Origin: an uncultured delta proteobacterium
Lineage (GTDB): Bacteria; Desulfobacterota; Binatia; DP-6
DNA length: 64,000 nt
Direction: 5' to 3'
NCBI GenBank assembly: GCA_963815115.1
Contig: CAWFFN010000008.1
Location: forward strand, 672,001-736,000
Part shown: one piece after another, positions 51,911 to 61,974 of the stretch
Position numbering within the stretch: position 1 is the first letter of the stretch
How the letters are laid out: the number at the start of each line of letters is the position of its first letter
Translations under genes and position numbers: made by a program
The notes under the pieces: generated by a model
Databases searched by the model: none
What the model was told of the DNA's origin: nothing
What the model saw: only the letters and a program-made list of their open reading frames with translations

Positions 51911-53059
51911 TCAGGTCGTGCCGGTGCGTCCGGAGCGCGGATGCTGCTCGCGGTAGTCGGCGCAGTCCGAGAGGCGTCCGGCGTAGGGGCAGAAGCTGCG
52001 GACGACCTCGTCGTGGCAGCCGTAGGTGTAGGGGTACGGGCGCGCGTAGGCCGATGCGACGACGCTCTCGATCTCGGCGGCGGCCAGCGGCTGCGACTGG
52101 CTGGCCGCCCAGGCGCGCAGCAGCACCAGGGTGTCCGCGTGCCCGAAGCCGGCGACGCGGAAGGCCGACGCCAGGCGGATGGCGGCGTTGTTGCGGGCGC
52201 CGGGCGCCAGGTCAGCGCGCCACATCGCGAGCCGCGCCGCGCAGAGGGCCTCCTCGGCGCGCTCCGGCGGCGGGCCAGTGCGATAGGGATGCGGACCGCG
52301 CTCGCGACGCAGCGCGCGGCGCGCGCGCTGGAACTGCAGGGCCAGCCCCGGCACGGGCCGCACGTCCTCCAAGGGCTCGAGCCCCGCCGCCGCGACGCGC
52401 GTCAGCGGCCGCGGCGCACGCGCCAGCGCCGCGATTTCCGCGGCCGCCCGGTGCATGAGCTCGTCCGGCGCGAGGGGAACCTTCCATAGCCCGCTGCCGG
52501 CGTGGCGCGTGTTCGGCAGCCGGAGGAGGCGGACCGCGTCGCCGATGGCGAGATCGAACAGCAGGCGCGCGTGGTCGGGCAGCTCGCGCAGGACGGCGAG
52601 ACGCAGGCGGGTGAAGAGGCGGTGCAGATCGGCCGCCGGAGCGACGCGGCCGAACGCGCGCGTGTCGACGAGGACGTGGAACCCCTTGGCGCCGCTGAAG
52701 TAGACGTGGAGCGCCTCGGGCGACGCCTCCCACCGACGGGTGAGCAGGTCGTACACCCGGCGCGCGACGCCGAGCGCGTCGTCGAGCGTGGCGGCGGGCG
52801 GGTGCGCGTCGACGTCGAGCGGCAGGAAGGGCGCCCACAGACGGCCGTCGTACCCGGCGATCGAGGGCAGACCGCCGACCCGATGCTCGGCCATGTAGCG
52901 GAGCACGTCCGCCGAGAAGCGGAAGATGCTGGCGTAGCACTCCTCGGCGCCGAAGCGCGCGACCAGCGCCGGCACCTCGTCGACGGGGACGACGTGGTTG
53001 CGGAAGCCCGGCTGCGTGCGGGCCGCGAAGTCGACCCAGCGAAAGGCGGTCAAGGGCAT
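51911..53059 (-). CDS. Archaeo-eukaryotic primase-polymerase (AEP) with PriCT-like, Cys-rich C-terminus
   Basis: LPLDVD, YFSGAKGFH, FDLAIGDAVRLLRLPNT, GARNNAAIRLA, four C-terminal Cys. Confidence 0.82.
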   Translation of the reverse strand: MPLTAFRWVDFAARTQPGFRNHVVPVDEVPALVARFGAEECYASIFRFSADVLRYMAEHRVGGLPSIAGYDGRLWAPFLPLDVDAHPPAATLDDALGVARRVYDLLTRRWEASPEALHVYFSGAKGFHVLVDTRAFGRVAPAADLHRLFTRLRLAVLRELPDHARLLFDLAIGDAVRLLRLPNTRHAGSGLWKVPLAPDELMHRAAAEIAALARAPRPLTRVAAAGLEPLEDVRPVPGLALQFQRARRALRRERGPHPYRTGPPPERAEEALCAARLAMWRADLAPGARNNAAIRLASAFRVAGFGHADTLVLLRAWAASQSQPLAAAEIESVVASAYARPYPYTYGCHDEVVRSFCPYAGRLSDCADYREQHPRSGRTGTT

Positions 53060-53114
53060 CAGCCGCCCCACCAGGCGCCGTGGGTTCGGCGGCACGTGAT
53101 CGGCGACCTGCCGC

Positions 53115-54362
53115 TCACCCCACGCTCGCAACGCAGCGCCGGATGCCGTCCTCGAGCCGGCCGAGCGCCTCGTCGCAATACGCGGCGTCGACGAGGAGCC
53201 CGGCCTTGAACTGCAGCACTGACGTGTCGAACCCGGCGAACATGGCCCAGAGCCCGGCGTCATAGCATGCGCGCGTCATCATCTGCCCGCCGCGCGGATG
53301 CGCGAAGCGGAGACCCATCACGACCCCGAGGCGGCGGATCTCGACGAGCCAGCTCGCGTAGCGCGAGCGGAGCGTCTCGAGCCCCGCGGCCAGGCGCGCC
53401 GACGCCACGGCGACGTTCGCGAGCACCTCCGGCCGCGTGGTGATCTCGAGCACCTTCTGCGCGACGCGGCAGCCGAGCTCGGCGCCGCCGAAGGTCGAGA
53501 CGTGCCCCCAGCCGTCCTCCTCGAGCCAGCGCGCCGCGCGCGGCGAGAGCACGGCCGCCGACATCGGATAGAGGCCGCCCGAGAGGCCCTTGCCGGTCAC
53601 GAGCACGTCGGGGACGACGTCGAAGCACTGGACGCCCCACATGCGCCCGGTCCGTCCGAGGCCCGTCTGCACCTCGTCGGCGACGTATAGCGCGCCGTGC
53701 CGCTCGCAGAGCGCCTTCACGCCGCGCAGGTAGCCGGGACGGGGCATCGGGAACCCGGAGGTGGCGGGCACGGTTTCCAGCAGCACCGCCGCGGCCTCGT
53801 GGCGCTCGAGCGCGGCCCCCATCGCGTCTAGGTCGTCGAACGGCACCTGGACGAACTCTCCGGGAGCACCTTCGGAGCGGAACAGCCGCGAGAACCGCTC
53901 GTCGCCCGCCGCGAGCGCCAGCCCCGTGTGCCCGTGGTAGCCCTTCGCGATGGAGACGATCGTCCGCCGCCCGGTCGCGTGGCGCGCCGACTTGATGGCG
54001 ACGTCGATCGCCTCGCCGCCGCTCGGCGCGTACACGACGTACCGGAGGTCGCCCGGCATCGTCCGCACGAGCGCCTCGGCGAGCTCGGCCCGCGCGACGC
54101 TCGGGAAGTGATGGTTGCCGACGTCGAGCGTCTCGAGGGCCTCGCGGAGAGCGGCCACCACCTCCGGATGCCGGTGCCCCAGGTTGAAGACGCCGCCGTT
54201 CAAGTGCAGGTCGAGGAGCTCGCGGCCCTCGAGGTCCCAGAGCCGATACCCCTCGCGACGTCCGATCACGAGATCCACGCCGAGCGCGCCGAACGTCCGC
54301 ACGCGATCCGGACAGACGTGGCGAGCCGCGAGCTCGAGCACGCGCCGCTTCTCGTCGTTCAT
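53115..54362 (-). CDS. Class III PLP aminotransferase
   Basis: NLGHRHP, SGGEA, GYHGHT, ADEVQTGLGRTG, GKGLSGG, STFGG. Confidence 0.93.
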   Translation of the reverse strand: MNDEKRRVLELAARHVCPDRVRTFGALGVDLVIGRREGYRLWDLEGRELLDLHLNGGVFNLGHRHPEVVAALREALETLDVGNHHFPSVARAELAEALVRTMPGDLRYVVYAPSGGEAIDVAIKSARHATGRRTIVSIAKGYHGHTGLALAAGDERFSRLFRSEGAPGEFVQVPFDDLDAMGAALERHEAAAVLLETVPATSGFPMPRPGYLRGVKALCERHGALYVADEVQTGLGRTGRMWGVQCFDVVPDVLVTGKGLSGGLYPMSAAVLSPRAARWLEEDGWGHVSTFGGAELGCRVAQKVLEITTRPEVLANVAVASARLAAGLETLRSRYASWLVEIRRLGVVMGLRFAHPRGGQMMTRACYDAGLWAMFAGFDTSVLQFKAGLLVDAAYCDEALGRLEDGIRRCVASVG

Positions 54363-55348
54363 CGCTCCTCCCCGAGCACCTTCGCGGCCTGGACGGCGGC
54401 GAGCTCGACCACCACGGCCGTGAAGTCGCGCGCCATGGCGGTCTCGCGGCGGGTGTGCATCCAGCCGAGGCCGAGCAGCAGGCGCGCCATGACGAGCGTC
54501 TCGATCTCGCGGACGTGATCGTCGGGCAGCAGGGCGACCGCGCGATACCCGTCGACCCATGCGTCCCGCACGAGCGCGAAGCCGGGATCGGCGACCTTGA
54601 GCGCCAGGAGCGTCGCGAGGTCGTAGAGGTACCACCCGTATCCTCCGTCGTCGAAGTCGATGACGAAGGGCACGCCGTCCGCCACGAGAATGTTGTCGGG
54701 CATGAGGTCGCCGTGGGTGAGCCCGAACCGGTCCGACGCGCGCCCGAAGGCGGCGAGCCGCCGGCGGACCACGTCGGCGGCCCGGTGCATGAGGTCCCGC
54801 TGCACGTCCGAGAGCGTCGTCAGATCGGCATAGTCGCCCCACAAGGCGCGCGGTCCGACGAGCGCGTCCACGTTCCAGGTCGGGCGGGTGAAGGCGGCGG
54901 GCGGGGTCCAGCTCCGGCCATGCTGCTGGATGAGCGCGGAGGTCCGGCCGACCAGGCGGTACACCTCCGCGGTGTCGCCCTCGAGGTCGAGCGAGCGCCC
55001 GTCGATCCAGCCGAGCACGTCGACCTGCAGCGTGTCGCCGCCGTCCACCGCCACCGCCTGCACCGGGTCGCCGTCCACGCCCGGGCGCGCGCGTGGTGTC
55101 GGTACGCCCGCCTCGCGGAGCGCGTCCATCCACGCGAGTTCGGACCGGATCTCGGGCGTCGCGCGGTACCCGGCGCGATGGACGCGCAGCGCGAACGAAC
55201 GCCCGTCGGCGGGATCGGCCACCCGGAAGACGGCGTTCTCGCGATGCTGGACGAGCGTCACCGGCGCGTCGGCCGCGATGCCGAACCGCGGCAGCCCTCG
55301 GCGCGCCGTCGCCTCCAGGCGGGGAACGGGGTCGTCCGAGTCGTGCAT
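54359..55348 (-). CDS. APH/choline-kinase-like phosphotransferase
   Basis: ENAVFRV, ALRVHR, HGDLMPDNIL, IDFDD, YLYDLA. Confidence 0.9.
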   Translation of the reverse strand: MHDSDDPVPRLEATARRGLPRFGIAADAPVTLVQHRENAVFRVADPADGRSFALRVHRAGYRATPEIRSELAWMDALREAGVPTPRARPGVDGDPVQAVAVDGGDTLQVDVLGWIDGRSLDLEGDTAEVYRLVGRTSALIQQHGRSWTPPAAFTRPTWNVDALVGPRALWGDYADLTTLSDVQRDLMHRAADVVRRRLAAFGRASDRFGLTHGDLMPDNILVADGVPFVIDFDDGGYGWYLYDLATLLALKVADPGFALVRDAWVDGYRAVALLPDDHVREIETLVMARLLLGLGWMHTRRETAMARDFTAVVVELAAVQAAKVLGEER

Positions 55349-55383
55349 CGTCGGATCCGGCGACGCGAAGCCGGCAGACCCGC

Positions 55384-55953
55384 TCAGCTCTCCTCGATCG
55401 GGACGCTCCGGCCCTTGACCGGCTTCGGCGGCGCCGGCATCGTCACCTCGAGAACGCCGTCCTTGAACGTGGCCTTCGCGCTCGCGGGATCCATTCCCTC
55501 GGGCAACGGAACCTGGCGGAAGAAACTGCCGTAGCTCCGCTCGCTGCGGAAGAACCCCTTCCGCTTCTCCTCGCGCTCGTGCCGCCGCTCACCCTGGATC
55601 GTGAGCGCGTCCTCGCGAACCTCCACCCGCACATCCTCCTTCGCGAGCCCGGGCAGCTCGGCGCGGACGACGAGCTGCCCGCCCCGCTCGGTCACCTCGA
55701 CCGGCGGCGCCCAGGCGGCGTCGATCCGCGGAAAGTCGAGCCGGGGGAAGAGCTGGGTGCGGAAGTCGTCAAAGAGCCGGTCCATCTCCTCCGCGAAGCG
55801 GCGCATCATGCCGAACGGGCTCGCGAGCGCCGCCGGTGCCACGGGCTGCGGGACGAGCGCCCTTCCGGCTTGCGCGGGCCGCGCGGGTGCCTTCGCGGAC
55901 TCTGGCGTCTTCGGCTGCGCCGGTGCCTTTGCCTTCTTGCGCGTCTTGGCCAT
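55384..55953 (-). CDS. Hsp20 small heat-shock protein
   Basis: AELPGL, LTIQGER, ERSYGSFFR, ATFKDGVLEV. Confidence 0.93.
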   Translation of the reverse strand: MAKTRKKAKAPAQPKTPESAKAPARPAQAGRALVPQPVAPAALASPFGMMRRFAEEMDRLFDDFRTQLFPRLDFPRIDAAWAPPVEVTERGGQLVVRAELPGLAKEDVRVEVREDALTIQGERRHEREEKRKGFFRSERSYGSFFRQVPLPEGMDPASAKATFKDGVLEVTMPAPPKPVKGRSVPIEES

Positions 55954-56227
55954 TCGGCTTTTCCTATCACGGTGCGGAGGCGGTGCGAACGGACGCGTCC
56001 GCAACGAAAGCTCGGCCGGGACGTGGGTCCCCGGGGTGCCGCTCGGGACGTGACGCGCGCGAGCCTCGCGCCAGGGACCTCAGGGCCTGGGGATGACGAC
56101 GGGGTCGAAGTTGGCGATCGTGGCGTTGTAACTCGACGACGTCGCCCGCAGGACCTTCACCGTCTGCCCGGTGTAGCGCGCGAGGCTGTACGTCGTGCCC
56201 ACGGGCGAGGCTCAGGTTCAGTCCCGT

Positions 56228-56854
56228 TCAACTGCTGCCTCCCCGAGGGCGACGGAAGTTCGCGGTGTAGCTCCAGGGCGGTCCGAAGTGCTCTTCGAGC
56301 GTGAAGCCCTCGCCCTCGACGAGCGCGCGCAGCGTGGACAGGCTGCTGAAGTCCGGATCCGGCAGATGCTCGGTGATCGACAAGAGGCCACCTGGACGGA
56401 GGATCCGGTGAAGCGCGCGCAGGCACTTGCGCGGCTCGGGAACCTCGCCGAGAACCGCGACCAAAAACGCGACGTCGAACGAGGCGCGCGGAAAGGGAAG
56501 CCGCCGCGCGTCGCCCTGCGTGTAGCCGACGACCTTCCCCAGTCCCGCCGCGCGGATCTTGCCCCGCGCCCTCTCCAGCATCTCCGCCTGCAGGTCGAAG
56601 AGCTCCAGGTGCCCGTCCGGCACGCGGCGCGCGACCTCAACGCTGAAGACGCCCGAGCCGCAGCCCACTTCGAGAACCATGGAGTCTTCCTTCAGCTTCA
56701 GACGATCGGCCAGCTGCGACGGGGAGATCAGCAGCCGCCGCAGAGGAAGCTCGAGGATGAAGGACATCTGGTGCGGGAAATACGGCTGCCGCCTGGCGAT
56801 GTGTCGGCACCAACTGGCGAACCCTTCAAGAGCCATCGGCGTCTTCTCGAGCAC
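56228..56854 (-). CDS. Class I SAM methyltransferase
   Basis: VLEVGCGSG, GDARRLPF, ILRPGG. Confidence 0.88.
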   Translation of the reverse strand: MLEKTPMALEGFASWCRHIARRQPYFPHQMSFILELPLRRLLISPSQLADRLKLKEDSMVLEVGCGSGVFSVEVARRVPDGHLELFDLQAEMLERARGKIRAAGLGKVVGYTQGDARRLPFPRASFDVAFLVAVLGEVPEPRKCLRALHRILRPGGLLSITEHLPDPDFSSLSTLRALVEGEGFTLEEHFGPPWSYTANFRRPRGGSS

Positions 56855-57070
56855 GACTACGTCTGTCTGCGCAGCGGTTCAAGGGCCGCGATGATGTGCT
56901 GTCCACCCTAACGCATTGCGCGCTGCGTGGCACCGGTGCTGCCGCCGAACATGCGCCGGATACGGTGCGCCGCCGAGAAAACGTGACGTGGAAGTGCTGA
57001 TTCACCGTCGCGCGCGCTATCTCGACTACCGACCGACCGTCCCGCAACCCGTCTCGATGAACGGAGTGCG

Positions 57071-58468
57071 TCACATACTTGAGGCGTCGTTCCATATCAG
57101 GGGAGCAGTGCGTCGGGCAGCAAGCCCCGCCCGCCTCCGACGGGCCAGCCGAACCTCGATGGTGTCGCGCGTCACCAGCTCGTAGACGACCGCGCGCTTG
57201 CCCTCGCGTGGCCGGAGCAGGCGCCCTACGCGTTGCACGTGCTCGCGCTGGCCCAGTGCACCGCCCATGACAATCGCGACGTCGGCATCAGGTACGTCGA
57301 TGCCCTCGTTGAGCACACGCGCCGACACGAGTGCTCGGAGCGCCCCTTCGCGGAACCATGTAAGAGCCTCCTCGCGCTCCTTCCGCCCGATGTCGCAGGT
57401 CATCGGCATGATCAAACGCTCGCGGGCGACGGCGTAGGCGCTGTCGTTGTCTGCCGTGAAGATCAACGCCCGCGCGTCTCGATGTCGCTGGAGCAGCACG
57501 CGGAGCATCTCGCGCTTGGCCCCCGTGAAGGCAACCAAACGGCACGCGCGGCGGAAGGCGTCGAGCGCGCGACGGCCTTCGGTCGTTCGTGCCGCGGTGC
57601 GCGCGAAGTCCTCCCAGGTCGCGCGGGGCGCCACGCGCCGAAACTGCCCATGCACGGCGCGAAAGATCGTCATCCAGCCCTCGTACGCTTGGCGCTCGCC
57701 GGTTGTCAGCCCGAGGTGTAGGGTCACGCTGTCGAAGTGCGAGAGAAAGCTGCCAGCGAGGTCGCCGATCGTGAGCTCGTATGCCGTCCGGCCGACGAGC
57801 TCTGCAAGCCGCCGAGCGACCGCCTCGTCGTGGGGAGGGGTCGCGGTCAGGCCCAGCCGGGCATCCGCGATCGACATCTCCAGCGCCTCGTCGCGCAGGC
57901 CGCAGCCGAAGTGGTGCGCCTCATCCACCACGATCAGATCGAAGCGGTTCCCCAGCCGGTCCATGTGCCGGTAGGCGCTCTCGAACGTCGCGACGGTCAC
58001 CGCCGCCAACTCGTGCGCGCCGTCCCCGTAGCAGCCGATCGGACCCGCATACGCTCCGGCGATCTGCTGTTGCCACTGCGCGAGCAGGGCCCTCGTGGGA
58101 ACGAGGCAGAGAGCACTCGACTGCATGCGAGCCATGGCAGCGATCGCCAGCCTGGTCTTCCCACTCCCCGTCGGAAGGACGACGAGCGCGCGCCGCTGCG
58201 CGAGCTCCCACGCCCAGAGCGCCGCTTCCTGGTAGGGGCGCAGCTCGACGCCAGACCAGGCGCCAGGCGGAGGAGCCGGGGACCGCACCTCATCCGAGAA
58301 CGGTACGCCACGTCGCGCGAGCTCCCTGCGGAGTGTGTGACATCGAGAGGCAGGTGCACGGTGGGCTCCGACGCGCGGGTCCCAGAGGACGCCCGCGATC
58401 TCCAGGAGGTCGAAGCCAGGAGGGGAATCGCGGAGGAGTATCGTGCCGCGATCGAAGAGGAGGCGCAC
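57071..58468 (-). CDS. XPB/Rad25-like DEAH SF2 helicase
   Basis: LRPYQ, LPTGSGKT, DEAHH, GLTATP, EGIDVPD, QRVGRLLR. Confidence 0.92.
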   Translation of the reverse strand: MRLLFDRGTILLRDSPPGFDLLEIAGVLWDPRVGAHRAPASRCHTLRRELARRGVPFSDEVRSPAPPPGAWSGVELRPYQEAALWAWELAQRRALVVLPTGSGKTRLAIAAMARMQSSALCLVPTRALLAQWQQQIAGAYAGPIGCYGDGAHELAAVTVATFESAYRHMDRLGNRFDLIVVDEAHHFGCGLRDEALEMSIADARLGLTATPPHDEAVARRLAELVGRTAYELTIGDLAGSFLSHFDSVTLHLGLTTGERQAYEGWMTIFRAVHGQFRRVAPRATWEDFARTAARTTEGRRALDAFRRACRLVAFTGAKREMLRVLLQRHRDARALIFTADNDSAYAVARERLIMPMTCDIGRKEREEALTWFREGALRALVSARVLNEGIDVPDADVAIVMGGALGQREHVQRVGRLLRPREGKRAVVYELVTRDTIEVRLARRRRAGLAARRTAPLIWNDASSM

Positions 58469-58482
58469 GGAAATATGCACCG

Positions 58483-58498
58483 AGCAACGAGCATGCCG
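58483..58498 (-). promoter_or_regulatory. Possible sigma54 promoter for the helicase
   Basis: Minus strand CGGCATGCTCGTTGCT (GG-N10-GC). Confidence 0.4.
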
Positions 58499-58795
58499 GA
58501 GCGACCGGTGTGAGGGTCTCCCCCGTGCCCCTGAGTGCGGGGAGTGTGACGTGGTTGATGCAACGACGCGCAACGGGGCGTTTCGGCCGCCCGCGGCGTT
58601 GAGCAGGACCTACGGAAACTCGCTCTTGAAAGATGCGGCCCGAGCGAAAGGTACCAGGAGCGCGCGGGCCAACCGCCGAGGTTGTCATAGCCGAGGATTC
58701 GACGGCCGCCAGTGACCAGGGAGGGGTCGGTTCGCTGGTTGCCTGCCATCCACTTCCCGTGACACGGGCCGTCCGATCCGTTACGCCTTTCCCTC

Positions 58796-59446
58796 ATGCC
58801 GTCCCCACGCCCGTCCCGGGGCCCCGCTCGCCCGCGCCTCGCATCGCCGAAGGCGCCGAGCACTCAGCAAGTTCCGAAGGCTGCCCAGCCAGTCACGATC
58901 CACCAGCTGAAGATCACCCTCCGTCACATCTGCCCGCCGATCTGGCGGCGCGTCCAGGTGTCGAGCGCCGCCTCCCTCGCGACCCTACACGCGGTGCTCC
59001 AGCGAACCTTCGACTGGACCGACAGCCACCTTCACGAGTTCGAGGCCGGCCGCCGCCGGTTCGGACCGCCGCAGCTCGATGTCGGGTGGGGCGAGGAGGA
59101 GGGCGTCGAGGACGAACGCCGGGTGACGCTGGGCCGCGTCGCGCCGCGCAAGGGAGCGAAGCTCCTGTACCGCTACGACCTCGGCGACGACTGGCAGCAC
59201 GACATCGTCGTCGAGGACATCCTGCCAGCCGACCCGACCATCCACTCCCCGCACTGCCTCGGCGGCCAGCGGGCCGCGCCGCCGGACGACTGCGGCGGGC
59301 CCTTCGGTTACGCTGAGCTGCTCGACGCGCTCGCTGAGCCCACCAGCAAGGACCACGCCGAGCGGCTCGAGTGGCTCGGCGACCGATTCGACCCCGAGAC
59401 GTTCGACCTCGCCGCAACGAACCGCGCGCTCGCCCGCATCCGCTGA
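58796..59446 (+). CDS. Plasmid pRiA4b ORF-3 family protein
   Basis: LKITL..PPIWRRV, LHAVLQ..W..SHLHEF, YDLGDDW, PPDDCGG. Confidence 0.9.
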   Translation: MPSPRPSRGPARPRLASPKAPSTQQVPKAAQPVTIHQLKITLRHICPPIWRRVQVSSAASLATLHAVLQRTFDWTDSHLHEFEAGRRRFGPPQLDVGWGEEEGVEDERRVTLGRVAPRKGAKLLYRYDLGDDWQHDIVVEDILPADPTIHSPHCLGGQRAAPPDDCGGPFGYAELLDALAEPTSKDHAERLEWLGDRFDPETFDLAATNRALARIR

Positions 59447-59452
59447 GCAGCG

Positions 59453-60658
59453 TCACCGGCCGTCCACCACCACCGCCGCCGCGATCGCCGCACATCGCGC
59501 CGCGCGTGCCGGGTCAGCCGTGTCCGATCGCGCGGCCGTCTCGGCGGCGAGCCAACGGCGGAGGCGGTTGCCGAAGCGCGCGCGCCGCAGCGCGGCGGGC
59601 ACGCTGTCCAGATGGCCGAGGTGGTCGTCGAGGTACGCGTCGAGGAGGGGCGCGAGCACGAGCCGGCTCCGGTCGGGTCGCGCGCGGCGGGCCAGTGCGA
59701 CGGCCGTCTCGCCGAGCTGCGTGCAGGCCGCGTGCAGAGCGGGCGTGTCGGCCGCGGCGCGGAGGCGGCCCAGCAAGTTGGCGGCTGCGGCGCAGGCCAC
59801 GTCGGGTCGCGCCGCCCCGGTGGCGCGGATGCGATCGACCAGCTCGCCGAGGTCGAGCGCGAGCCGGAGCTGCCGCCTTGTCGGTACGGGCGCCCCGTCG
59901 AGCAACGCGTCGATGCGTCTCCGGAAGCCCAGCTCGAGTATCGTGTCGTCAGCCGCGCGGCCGAGCACGTCAGCATAGCGTTCCCGCATGGCGGGCGTCA
60001 GGCCGAGCACGTCGACGATGCCGTTCACGATGGCGTCCCGTGGCGCCGTATCCGGAACCACCGCCAGTGGCGCGCCGCGGGCGGCCAGGGCCTCTTCGAG
60101 GCGCGCGTAGGCGGCGTCGAGTGCGACCCGACGGCGGCGGTCGCGCGTGTGGTTCGCCTCCGCGGCCACATGTCCCAGGACGTCGTCGAACTCGGCCTCC
60201 GTTCCGGCGAGCACGACCGCGGCGTCGTCCACCGTCGCCGCGGCGAGCAGCGCGGGCGTCTCGACGCCGATCGCCTCGCAACCGCGCAGATGGGTGTACT
60301 CGTCGTGGGAGAGCCGTACTTCGATCAGAGGCCCCGGCCGGTCGGCGGCAGCCCCGCGCAGGTCCCAAGCCGTCTCCGCCCAGCCCGAGATGACACCGCG
60401 GTCTCCACACGTCGCGCACCTCCACTCGACCGTCTCGGTCGCGTCCGAGCGCCGCACGCTGACGTGCCCCGTACACCGCTCCCGGCGGTGCGACCGCCGG
60501 CAGTGGACCGCAGACCCGTCCCAGGCGCCGTCTGGGCGCACCGTCGCCGCCTCGACGAGGTGGCACCAGTACGCTGCGCGCCGCCCGGGCGGGCCGCCGA
60601 CCGGCAGGCCGGCGTCGTCAAGGAAGTGACGGAGGTCGGTGATCCAAGAGCCGGGCAT
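59453..60658 (-). CDS. Hypothetical protein with N-terminal Cys-rich (Zn) domain and helical C-terminus
   Basis: WITDLRHFL, C.RR..RERC.G, WRCATCGDRGVISGW. Confidence 0.7.
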   Translation of the reverse strand: MPGSWITDLRHFLDDAGLPVGGPPGRRAAYWCHLVEAATVRPDGAWDGSAVHCRRSHRRERCTGHVSVRRSDATETVEWRCATCGDRGVISGWAETAWDLRGAAADRPGPLIEVRLSHDEYTHLRGCEAIGVETPALLAAATVDDAAVVLAGTEAEFDDVLGHVAAEANHTRDRRRRVALDAAYARLEEALAARGAPLAVVPDTAPRDAIVNGIVDVLGLTPAMRERYADVLGRAADDTILELGFRRRIDALLDGAPVPTRRQLRLALDLGELVDRIRATGAARPDVACAAAANLLGRLRAAADTPALHAACTQLGETAVALARRARPDRSRLVLAPLLDAYLDDHLGHLDSVPAALRRARFGNRLRRWLAAETAARSDTADPARAARCAAIAAAVVVDGR

Positions 60659-60731
60659 CGAGTGCCGAGGTGTCAATCCCGGACCACGTCGATCAGCCCG
60701 GTGTCGGCGAGTGTCTGGTCACTGTAAGCAC

Positions 60732-61217
60732 TCACTCTCCGACAAGCGCAGAGGCGGCATCGAGTAGGCCGGGCGTCACGTACATGCCGACGGCAGCCAG
60801 ACGCTCCAAGACCGGCCGCGCTGCCGGAACGGCCCCCAGCCGCTTGGCTCGGAGCACGACTCCGATCGTCCCGAACGCCGGTACCCCAAGCGCGGCAGCA
60901 CAGCGTCGAGCCTCGCGGTCGTCCAGGATCGCGTGGGCGCCGGGCAGCGCCCGTGCTACCGCGAGCACCGCCGACTCTCCGGCGCCCAGATTCCACGCAG
61001 CGATCGCCGCCGGCACGCTACCCGGGTCGACTCTCGTGGCCCACGTCGCGCGCAACAGTGCTTGCGCCGCCATATCCTCACCACCCTTAATTTCCACTTC
61101 ATCCACTACGGAGACGGGAACACACACGATACGCGCCACTGATCGCAGGAGTTCCAAGCGTCCGATTCGCGACAGCAGGATAATCGGGGAGGCGTTGACG
61201 ATGGCCTGCTCAACCAT
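60732..61217 (-). CDS. DUF3368 PIN-like toxin
   Basis: NASPIILL, LGAGESAVL, LDDREARR, GTIGV. Confidence 0.88.
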   Translation of the reverse strand: MVEQAIVNASPIILLSRIGRLELLRSVARIVCVPVSVVDEVEIKGGEDMAAQALLRATWATRVDPGSVPAAIAAWNLGAGESAVLAVARALPGAHAILDDREARRCAAALGVPAFGTIGVVLRAKRLGAVPAARPVLERLAAVGMYVTPGLLDAASALVGE

Positions 61218-61461
61218 CGCCCAGTTCGCGCGGAAGTTCGTCCGGGTCGACCTGCACTACCTCGATCCGGCGAGCGGCAAGCGCGTCGATGAAGTCCGCG
61301 CGGGGCACCCCCGCGATCTCGGCCGCACGCCCCTGCGACAGCAGGCCGCGTCGATACCAATCGACGGCAGCCGCCAGTCGCACCTCGGCCTGCATCTCGA
61401 CGGGCGAGCGATGTAGTGCTGCCAAGAGGTCATCTGGGAGGGCGATCGTTACGGTCGTCAT
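61210..61461 (-). CDS. UPF0175 antitoxin
   Basis: LAAAVDWYRRGLLSQGRAAEIAGV.RADF. Confidence 0.88.
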   Translation of the reverse strand: MTTVTIALPDDLLAALHRSPVEMQAEVRLAAAVDWYRRGLLSQGRAAEIAGVPRADFIDALAARRIEVVQVDPDELPRELGDG

Positions 61462-61762
61462 CCTGATCTCCTTCGCTGAGGCCGCCTGGGCGATCACGCC
61501 CGGAGCTATTGTCACCGAGCGAGTCACTCGTCGGAAACCCCTTGTAGCACAGGAGACGCGGGGCCGCTCTGCCGGGAGTGCGGTGAGCATGCCAATCGAG
61601 GAGTCGGAAGCGGCGGTAAAAGTGGGTGAAGTCCTCGGGCCGTTCAAGGCCGCCGGGCCCGCAATGAAGGCAGGCAAGGCCCATACGCGCCGTGCCGACC
61701 TCCCATGGGCGGCTGAAGGCCGCGCCCGCCAGCAGCGTCGCGGCACACTCTCGCCGCGCGTG

Positions 61763-61968
61763 GAATCAATAGGTCACTGCCTCACCTGCGCATCGGTCAG
61801 TCTCCATCCAGTCACCATGCCGATGCCTGCCGGTGCCTCCCGCTGGGTCAGCGCCGACGCGTAACCCCCGAATCTTCCAAGACACGGCCACCCGCCGGAA
61901 CCTCCCGGCAACCGCCTGCGTCCTTTCGTAATCAGTAGGTCGCCGGTTCGACTCCGGCGGGTGGCTCT
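61763..61968 (+). repeat. ~200-bp att module, copy 2 (44 bp identical to 24397-24440 at 61925-61968)
   Basis: Direct repeat of 35952-36154 at an offset of 25810 bp. Confidence 0.93.
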
Positions 61969-61974
61969 TCCTCC

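Noticed and set aside
53115-55133. 672-aa kinase-aminotransferase fusion
   Set aside because: The N-terminal extension is a different frame over the kinase gene. The true start is ATG 54362 with an RBS and ATGA overlap.
56928-56943. Sigma54-like TGGCACCGGTGCTGCC on the plus strand
   Set aside because: No credible plus-strand gene follows, so it is likely chance.
36115-61968. Extra tRNA-Thr genes at 36115 and 61925
   Set aside because: Only the 3' half matches. The D arm and the 5' strand of the anticodon stem are absent, so these are att sites.
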